Of a stretch of DNA of 64,000 nt, positions 55,201-64,000 are shown one piece after another. Position 1 is the first letter of the stretch, and each line of letters begins with the position of its first letter. This DNA comes from Bugula neritina (Eukaryota > Animalia > Bryozoa), in NCBI GenBank assembly GCA_964035545.1, contig OZ037767.1, positions 2,491,680-2,555,679 of the forward strand, given 5' to 3'. The position numbers and the translations under genes are program-made. Under the pieces are notes generated by a model. That model searched no databases and was not told the DNA's origin. It worked only from the letters and a program-made list of their open reading frames with translations.

Positions 55201-58200
55201 CAAAGTCATGGGCTCTTCTGGAGTAAAGTGGAAGGCAATAACTTCTTCGATCATCTCCCAGTGACGTGGTTTCAGTGTTGGATTTCTCAAGTCACCAATC
55301 ATAGGCAACTAAAATAAATTCTCACCATGACTAACAACTCTACATACATACATGTTTTAAATAACAGAAACAGTAGAGTCTTTGATCTAGGTTTAGAAAA
55401 GATCCATTTTTAAACTTAGGCCAAGTAAAAGAATGGTTATACTTCTTTTTTTCCAAACTATTCAATTTGTCTTATCAAACCGTACTATGATCCTTATCAA
55501 TAACTAAGACTAACCTTTTCTCTCAAACTCTCCACCCTTTCCTTCAGTTGTGGCACTAAACCGTTTGGTGGGAGGCCTTTCTCCAACTGATTCACAGACT
55601 TGGCATACTTCAGTGTCTGTGAGTTGAGATGCTCCACGTCAAGTGACTCAAACGCCGCTTCTGTCCACTGACCAATCATAGAGTCCCACTCATCTATACT
55701 CGACCACAGTAGTTGCTTCAATTTCATTTCAGCGGCCGTTTCTTCCAGCGCATCAAACTTAGTCACTTCCACCTGGAAATTTATTTCATATATTATTTTA
55801 TATTATATATTTGCAACGCTATTTGTGACATGTTCTTTTCCTAAACATTTTTTACCACTTAAAAATAATAGTAAATTATTTTTTTAATCAACAAGTATAA
55901 TTGCTCTCTTGGAGTCATCATTTCTTTAGGAAATTGATGACTATAATCAAATTAGATTATATAAAGATGTAAAATTGTGAAGCCATCGTACCTTGAAGTT
56001 TTTCTGATAAGATTTGTAGGTGAAAGCCCTCTTCTCTAACTCGTCAATTCTCTCAGCGAGTCTGGCAAGTAGAGCTTTCACTTTCATTGGCTCGGAGCCA
56101 GCATCTAGTATCATTGGATTTTGAGCCTCTTGTTTCACCTACAAGGCGAAAAAGTGGAAGTGAAAAAAGAGACAGAAATAGAATTTTCAAAGAAGCTTTA
56201 AAATTTAAACATTTACATCATGGTCAAAATTACAGAAGCAGAAACTTACAATAATTGGATACACTCACAATCACTATGATAGTGTCCTTTAAAATAAACC
56301 ACTCATTAATTAACTGCACTAGTAATATATTCTCACTCTAACTTTTTCTACTAACTAGCATTTGATAGTTCTGTGCTTGAAACCGGTTTGTAATTGTTTA
56401 CCCATGGAGGCTTGTTTCATCAAAATTATGGTGACATGCTTGAAACTGAATGAGTTGTAAAGTTTCAGTAGCCATGTTTAATTTCTTTTACATTAGTTCA
56501 TTGTTTGTCTGCTTATTGACTATAATATTTCTCTTTACTAGTAACCATTTATGTAATATTTTACAGCGGACGAACCTCTTTGACCTCTCTCGAAAGTTCA
56601 GCGATGTCTTTGTCAAGTCTCACGCAGAACTTGTCTACGTTACCATCTCTTTCTGCGAGAGACTTGTCAATAGCATTCCTGACACGAGTTATGGAGGGCG
56701 TTAGACTCTGGTACACAGCAAAATCCTCAGGCGGGGTGGGCACTTCGTACAACTCGATAAGGTCATAGAGTGCATTCACTATGTTGGCCTCCTTCTCCAA
56801 ATCATCAATCTTGAGTGAAAGATAATAATTTGTTACACAAAACATACTACACACTAGCAGACGTTTTCCAGTCTAAGACTTTACTTCTTAGTAAATCAAC
56901 TGTACATGAAGTAGACATAATATTTTTTGTAGCTTTCTGTAAAAAGTTTGACTTTTCAAAGGTTGTAGTTTCAACAGTATAAACTTGTTAGTATAAAGAT
57001 TAAGAGTTGAGAAATTAAGTAAAATCCCAATTTAGCCATTAAGGGTTCTTTATTACTATTAAAACTATTATTCAAGCTCTAGAATGGCGGACACACTCAT
57101 AAACTCTAATGTCCTTGTGATCATAAATGTTGGTAGAATTGACAAGCAATAATAACGAGATAAATAAAATCCTTATTACCAAAACTAATAAATAACAAAT
57201 GATGAGTAAGCTTTCAATATTTTAAACAATGCAATATTCAAAAGCAATAACACCTAACACCACATTAAATAGCAACATAACATTGAACAAGAGAAGTAGA
57301 GAAAAGAAGCACACCCTCTTCTGAATCTCCTCCAGGAAGTTGAGACTCTCTACATATTCCAGAGTTGTGGTGGGAAGGAACTCGAGCTTGAACTCGGCAT
57401 TCTGTAACTCGGAGATGAGTCTGTCAACGTGACTTCTAGACAGGGTGGGTAGCATGTCGTTATAACACTGAAATCAAAAATAACTTAAATCTAACTTTTT
57501 CAATGCATTATCTTGAATAAAAAGAATTTATAAGAGGTATATTTGAAACCTATCAACTTCAACAACTAAAATTGAGAATAGATAGCATTTATTAATTATT
57601 TAATTCGTGCTAGGACAGTTTGAGAGCCGAATCGACAAGAAAATTTGAGATGAATTAAAATCAAAAGCTAAAATGAATAAAACTTTACATCCAGGCATCT
57701 AATTGGGTTTGGTAGGAGAATGCTTTTCATCTCAGTAGCATCAACTGTCAACATTCCAATATGGCGGATCTCTGCTATTGCATTGGCCATAGCATGCTGC
57801 TTGTGCAGACGATCTAACGCCTCATTGAAGAAATCAGGATCTGAAACAGCAAATTTTAATAGAAAAAACTCAAAACTTGTTTATTTTGTTAGAAGTTGCT
57901 TTGATCATTGTAAAGCAGTGCAAACACAAATACCAGTGTAGTACTTACACTCTTCAAGCATTTGCTCCTTAGAGCGTATCGCACCAAGGTCGGTGGCTTC
58001 ATTTTCTTTGTAAAAGGTTCGGTGAGGCTCAAAGGTATCTGCGTACTGATTGGACGCATTGAATGCAGCCGTGAGAGCTTCCTAACAAACACAAATCTTT
58101 GTCATAGAATGCAGGCGAACAGTGCAAATATAAACATTACTTGAGTCAATTTTTTATAACTAGGGAGGCAAGAGTAATACAAATATGGTATTTATAGTAT

Positions 58201-61200
58201 AAACAAGTTTAAATAATCATTTAAAATTTGTAGCCAACACAGAAAACAAATATTTACATAATAAAAAAACATCAAAGTTACCAATTACACTGCACTGCTC
58301 AGCCTGGATACAAAGCAAAGTGAAGTTGCGCTGGGAGTTGTCATATCAATGAATAAAATACCCTGATATTGTGAATGATCTTCTGAAGATGGCGATCATC
58401 ATCAAACATGATAGAGAGCTGTGGGCCGTCTCCGCAAACCTTCTCTTCAAATTTATTGTTTATGATGGGCCGTGTGAAGGCGTCAAAATACTCATCAGGG
58501 ACGAGATTCTCGACGCTGAGCACTGCATCCTGTCGGAGATTATAGAAATATTTCTACAGTAAAGAACACTATTATAATATTATATTATAGTATAGTAATA
58601 CTACATTACAACATTATAATATATAGTAATACTACATTATAATATTTACACAGAGTTTGACATAGGATAATATTATATTATTATATAGTAATACTATGTT
58701 GAAATATGATAATATCCCATTATAAGATAGTAATAGTATGTTATAATACCATTCCTTTTGTTGTAATATATTAGTATTATGACATTATAACATCACAATA
58801 TAATATAATTTAATAGTAGCTTTATAAAATAATATAATATATTAGAAAAATATAATGATATTAATAATTTATAATGCATTAATATTATGATAATTGACTA
58901 TATACCTACAAACTAATATAAAGTTAATATAATATAAACTAAGGCCATGCCGAGGCTAAAAACCTAAGGCTATGCCAAGGTCCTACCTGGAACTGCTTTA
59001 TGACCTCAGCTATTTTATCCTGGAACTCTTCTTCGTCCGGCTGGAAGCTAAGCTGGGCCGTATCGAGGACAAACTCGGTGATGAACATGGGAGGCAACTT
59101 CAGTACTTCCTCTTCTTCTTCCCCGAGAGCAGCCTGACAAAATATTCCAACCAGAATCGCTAAACTCGTAGTTGAGAACAACTAAGTTAGGAGCTAGTTC
59201 TAAAGTTACACGAACAATTAAGGCTATTCATCGCACTTTGCTCAACTTTACCAAGTAGTCATATGTGAATAACAGGATAACATACAGAAATATACACTCA
59301 CAGGAAGTACATGAAAGTTCCATAGTGTAATGGAAGCGGTGATAGGGTTTACATGCAAAATATAGAAATATAAAAGAGTGGGAATTTAATTTACATGAAA
59401 GTAATGAAGAAACACTAAAATAAAATTTATAATCTTTATATTAGACACAGTTTTGTATTTTTGTTACTTAAAAAGTTTTTCAGCATAATTTTGTAAATTT
59501 AATAAAATGATAATTTTATCAGAAAACACGAGTTTATTGTAATTACGGTTTTGGAAAAGACACAAAGAAAGGGCAGCGAGGAAGAAATGTAGACAGCATC
59601 CGGGTCAGTGAAACAGCTCTAGTTACGAAAATGGCTGCAGTGAAAACCTTGACTATAAACAGATTCTTAAATAGAAGGAGGGGGGTGGGGGTGGGGGTGG
59701 GGGTGTCACTCATGCAACATTTACAACTACATAAAAAGGGTGAAACATTTAATGAATCAGAATGCATAGAAAGTCAATTAGCATGCTAGAAGTCATGTGA
59801 CCGAGTGATCATGTGACCAGCATCACATGACCGGCAGATACACCTACACGTATACCCTTGGCTCTCTGTGTTAACAGGAAATACTGCAACAGGAAATGAC
59901 TCAACAGTGCTAAACAGGGCTACAAACACTCTGCATGCAGCAATGTCAAATAATAGCTTACATAGTATATAACAGGTGCTTAAGTCATGCGCTTTAAAAA
60001 AACAGCAACTGCAAAACACTAAATTTCTAATTTATGATTACAAATTGAAAATAATTGTCATCATGCAGGGAGTTGTCTCATGTAGAATATGATAGCTTAC
60101 AAGGGCAAACAATTCCAAAATATAATGATGTACCTTTTCTGCCTCTTTCTGTTTTTTCTCTTCTTCTTCCTTTAGCCTCAGCTCTTCCAATTCATCCTCA
60201 TCAAGTTTCTTCCTTTCTTCAAACACCACCTACACACAAATCTATTTCATAAAATATTTCTGAATATACAAGGTGATTACTGAAGCATGAAACAATTGCA
60301 GTTATTTTAATCAGCATTTTAAATCTAGCTGAAATGAACTTTTCAGTCAAGAAAAATCATTGAGTGCAGCCTACAAACAAGCGCTTTAACAGTAAGCTCA
60401 CAGTTGTATATAATAACTAATAAACCCTTAAATAGATTAGTATAGCTTCAAATAGCAGGCCTAAACAGACTAGAAATAATTAAAACTAGTAATCCAGTTT
60501 TGAATTTTAATGAAAAATAATTCCATTAAATTGCATTTCACCCACTAAACATTCAAGTAATACAACCTGACGTTTCTTTACCACTGAGGGGGCTGTTGAA
60601 CCACAATGCAATGTGCACAAACAATAAGCCTTTCACAAATCATAACACTTGTGAATACACTCAATGCCTCCGCTGAGAAAAGCTACAACACAAGCTGAAT
60701 AGCTTTCTAGCACCCTGCAGTTGTTGTCAACTTCACAAACATTAAGTGGAGTTTACACTTGGCTTAAGCAGCACCTAATCCATCACAATATTCTTACTAG
60801 TTATTCACTACACATCTAGCATTGACATGAAAGTTAATTTGCAAATACTATCATTATGATTGGTTGATTGTTACTATGGTTACAGAAGGCTATTTATTAA
60901 TTCAAACACTTTCAAAACAAGTACATTGCAGTTTCAGACCAGATACTTGACTGACTTGACTTAAAGCTAACTGACTTGACTTCTACTTGATGATTTATAT
61001 GGTGTTCTTTCAAGAGTATATTTAAACCTTTTCTGAGAGTGTATCAAAGATTAGTTGTATTCAATGTTTAGGGAATTCCCCCATAGGTTTGCTAAACATA
61101 TTTGAACCAAATTGATGTGAAATATTTATGTCTAATATGCATACTTAAGTCACAGATAATAAATACAGTAACTCAGAAAGTTCCAAAATTCAAATGTTTT

Positions 61201-64000
61201 ACTTGAACCCCTAAAGCTATTCAACAGACATCCAAAAGTTCAGTTTTAGTGGCTGAAAAATTACTATGAAGGATACTAGTCAACAAAAACTGTCTTTTAG
61301 ATAAAATTACTTTTTACATAAAATTTTAAAGGTACATACGCACTTTTACAAGCTTCATTTCAAAAAAGTTATTAATTTATGTCTCAATCATATATATATG
61401 CTGAAAAAATTATCTTTTACCAAAATATTAGTTATTTAAATTCACACTTTGACCCGCCTGCTTTATATTCAGCTTAGAGCAGGTGTATTCAGCATCAAAT
61501 ACCTTGTTGTACTCTTGGATCTCCGCTAGAGAAGGTGTATTCTGCAGTTGCTCTGTGAGGTAGTTGAGGAGAGTTGATACAGAGTTCACAGCCAGCACAT
61601 GCATCGTATTGACTATCAAGTAGTCCGCCAGTCTAATGAAACTACAGTCAAAAGCAGATCCACATTAGTTTTAAGTTAAACTGTATAGAATAACATACAG
61701 TAACGCTTTATAGCAAGTTTATTGTAAAGTAGTCTAAAAATAGGAGGTCTTATGTTAAGTAGTAATTATCTTGACAGATGATCAAAAACCTGATTAACTA
61801 AATTTACTAGATAAACACATTGATGTATTGATTGATCGCTTTTAAATCTAGAAATAAATAGCCAAAGATCTTAAAAAATGTATAATCATTTGATTAACAT
61901 GACAAATGAATCTTTATATTAAACACTTATTTTTTTTAAATTCTAAGATTTAATTGGTCATTTAAGAGTAAAAATAAACTTAAGTTGAAGAAAGGAAGAA
62001 ACTAATGAGTCACCATGTGAGTCGCTTGCAATGAGCTCTCTTGTTAGCTTGCTCAGTATAAGTCATCTTATCAGGAGCTTCTCCATAGATATCCATGTCC
62101 ATATCCTGCATGTAGTAGCTGCTAGCTCCCCCTGGTGTTTCACTGGTATTGTTGACGGGACTCTCTGAGTAGAAGTAATCATCGGGTGTGAAACCCGCTT
62201 CTAGAAGGGCGGTGCGACAGGCACTTCTTACCACCTCCTTTACAAGATCTCTGAACTCCTTGAGTCTACCGGCCACCTGGACGTATGGGGATAATGTGTA
62301 AATGTGTATACGTTTGGAGATAGTGTGTATGTATGGGGATAGTGTGTAAGTGTGTGTATATATAGGGATAATGTATAAGTATGTGTACGTATAGGGATAG
62401 TGTGTAAGTATGTATATATGGAGATAGTGTGTAAATGTATGTATATATGGGGATATTGTGTAAGTAACTAAGTATGTAGCGCAGAGTATTGTGGTAACAT
62501 TTATAGTACTTTGTTTACACCACACAGCAAAGTATCAGCCAAAAACGCTAATTCTATGCAGATTATGAGTTCCATATAAACATTTGTACCTTCACCTAAA
62601 TGTGATCAATTTACATTTGCACCGCAGAAATCAACATTTTAGAATTTCTCTCAAAGAAACCATATAATAAGCTGTACCACAAAAATAAATACTTTAGAAG
62701 TTTTTCTCAAAAAATGATAAATTGAATTTACAATAACAAAAATTTTGTGCTTTTAAGTTTTTGAGTTAGCGATAAACTCGCTGAAACGGCAATGTTAAGG
62801 TGACTCACATCTCTGAGCTGTGTGATCTGAGCATCCTTGAAGTCCCTCAGAGTGTACGTAGTTCCCTTCTCCACCTTGCAGAGCCCCATGTCGCTGATCC
62901 TGAAGCACATCTCCCTGACGTTGAGTAGAGCGGGACGTAGCGAGGGGTTTACTATAAATAGATTTTCTACGAGGGCCTTCTTACAGTCTCGGATTTTCTT
63001 CTTTCGGCAATTCTGACGCCAGACACTGAATGCCTTCCATTTACGGAACTTGGCGAATATCCCAATCTAAAATGGCAAATGTTTATTAGTTGTCAATAGC
63101 TTCTCAAAGTAATAAACTGCGCTCTGCATGCAAATTATTAAGTGGTATCTGCATTAAAAAGTGTAAATGTTCAATGACTTCCCTTCTAGTAAAAGCTAAG
63201 TTAACCAGTACTAGTATCAGGCAAACAGCCATTATTGGATTAATACTGGAAAAAATATAAAAGTTTTGTTGCTTTCATGAAACTGAGTAACTGATAGTAA
63301 TACCAATCATTTGTCAATATAAAATAGTTTACAAGATCAATTAATAAAATAGAATAATTGCTAATAAAGATAAATATTTACTATTTAACTTGCAATGCGA
63401 TCATAGTCAATAGGTATAGTAAAAACATTCCCTCACCTGTATTAACTTTTTAAAGTTCTTGTACTCGTGTTCCCATCGACTGAGAGGTACAAACTCTGTC
63501 TCATCGTCGTTCCTCATCCGAGCCACCCCCTTTGTACTGATGGTGCAGTAGTCGTTCTTATTGATGTGATCATGACTCACCACCTGTATACATCACCCAA
63601 TAGAGTTAGTACATACCATTCTGTAAACTCACTACTTCATTTACTTAGTTAACTCAAACTACTAAATACTGATTTAATATCACTGTTATTTCACTAGTTA
63701 CTATTTAATGAAACATTATTTTAATTTTTAAAAGACAATCAGAAAAACTATTATTAATATTTATTATTTTCATCCTATGATATAATTATGCATAGAAAAA
63801 TATATAAAAAAATTATGGATAATGAGAATCCCAATCGATTTGATCAAAAATTGGAAGCATGACAATAAATCTTCAGATTGCAAATAACATTGCAGACGCT
63901 CATATAGACTTAGTACTAAACAGTTTAATACCTTAAGGTTGTAGTAGTGGTAGTCCACACTGGTTTTAGGAACAGCATTGCTGAGGTACAGGAAGCCAAT
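19247..64000 (-). CDS. DNAH6: Dynein axonemal heavy chain 6; many exons, 5' end lies beyond the window
   Basis: Exons splice in frame from [12 protein letters not shown] (64000-63932) to the terminal exon [34 protein letters not shown] (19350-19247). P-loops GPAGTGKT (~51465), GPTGGGKT (~49565), GSTGVGKS (~46980, split by an intron) and GVGGTGKQ (~42675); also CFDEFNR and [19 protein letters not shown]6-type segments include [21 protein letters not shown] and the terminal LCQLSE. Many exons are absent from the ORF track, e.g. 62809-63066, 31977-32114 and 26486-26590. Confidence 0.97.
19364..19515. repeat. 21-bp minisatellite (AATACAATAATATATTACTGC) beside the acceptor of the last DNAH6 exon
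   Basis: Direct tandem repeat; it accounts for the spurious N-terminal part of ORF 19247..19507. Confidence 0.9.
19922..20128. mobile_element. Tc1/mariner (pogo/Tigger-like) MITE, 207 bp
   Basis: TA|CAGTACTCCCTCCATAT ... ATATGGAGGGAGCACTG|TA: TIRs beginning CAGT with a TA target duplication. Confidence 0.88.
20701..20958 (+). repeat. Dispersed repeat, copy 2, in the last DNAH6 intron
   Basis: Aligns end to end with 18339-18607, apart from a short deletion and a GGCCTA insertion. Confidence 0.93.
20959..21170. repeat. (TATAG/TGTAG)n microsatellite
   Basis: Read directly; lies just inside the donor of the penultimate DNAH6 exon. Confidence 0.93.
26830..26980. repeat. 21-bp minisatellite (ATACAATAATATAATAGACCT)
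   Basis: About 7 tandem units; source of the spurious ORF 26779..26988. Confidence 0.93.
28138..28345. repeat. 10-bp tandem repeat (AACAGAGTAT)n
   Basis: About 20 units; source of the spurious ORFs at 28117 and 28136. Confidence 0.95.
33320..33374. repeat. (CAG/CAA)n intronic trinucleotide run
   Basis: Read directly from the sequence. Confidence 0.85.
34440..34670 (-). mobile_element. tRNA-derived SINE (degenerate)
   Basis: The minus strand reads GTAGCAGCCGTGGTCTAGGGGTTAGAGTGTTGG...GGGTTCAAACCCCAGTAAAGGCC: Pol III A and B boxes at tRNA spacing, an imperfect cloverleaf, then a non-tRNA body. Confidence 0.7.
36044..36100. repeat. Short hairpin with 23-bp arms (21/23 match) and an 11-nt loop
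   Basis: CTAATTTGGATTGCGGACCGTTA-caaaaaaacca-TAACGGTCCGCAATCGAAAGTAG. Confidence 0.9.
43208..43768. repeat. 44-bp minisatellite, about 12 units, starting at a DNAH6 splice donor
   Basis: Unit AAGTCTGAGTCACAACAGACCATTTAGTCACTCAGATACATATC. Confidence 0.97.
44052..44990. mobile_element. Intronic non-autonomous DNA element with subterminal inverted repeats (true ends not resolved)
   Basis: TGTGATGGCTGCTGTCATTTTTGGTCTCTTGG (44052-44083) matches the reverse complement of 44959-44990 at 30/32 positions. Confidence 0.7.
51718..51886. repeat. Degenerate ~21-bp repeat reiterating a DNAH6 splice donor
   Basis: GACTCACAG/GACTTACAG (minus strand CT|GTGAGTC, CT|GTAAGTC) at ~51745, 51768, 51790, 51811 and at the used donor 51877. 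Confidence 0.75.
62280..62470. repeat. Degenerate minisatellite (TATGGGGATAGTGTGTAA-like) at a DNAH6 acceptor
   Basis: Direct repeat; it explains the Tyr/His/Thr-rich N-terminal part of ORF 62010..62525. Confidence 0.88.

Noticed and set aside
29902-56810. Several AAG 3' splice sites in DNAH6 (about 29902, 35293, 49105, 54754, 56809)
   Set aside because: These are still canonical AG acceptors, and their frequency is not clearly abnormal for an AT-rich genome.
22508-63652. Many plus-strand ORFs overlapping DNAH6 exons
   Set aside because: Antisense shadows of coding exons with no independent splice structure.

Overview
AT-rich, intron-dense animal (probably invertebrate) genomic DNA with no prokaryotic features. 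The minus strand carries the first two coding exons of RALGAPB (302-1200) and, from beyond 64000 down to the stop at 19247, an apparently intact multi-exon DNAH6 axonemal dynein heavy chain (GT-AG introns at every junction I traced, four P-loops, ending ...LCQLSE*). The 17 kb between them looks empty in the ORF track but holds three things. (1) A complete, cleanly spliceable 5-exon plus-strand gene (15238-17321) for a 167-aa secreted protein with 14 cysteines, preceded by a TATA+Inr core promoter. (2) A ~4-kb palindrome (10108-14068) with apparently identical outer 814-bp arms and diverged inner arms, best explained as an old foldback-type element later overwritten by one template-switch event. 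(3) Decayed exons of a possible VOMI-like gene interrupted by that element. Also present: MITEs, a tRNA-derived SINE, two independent TA-to-TAGGCCTA footprints, and minisatellites that start at splice sites. All alignments and translations were done by eye.
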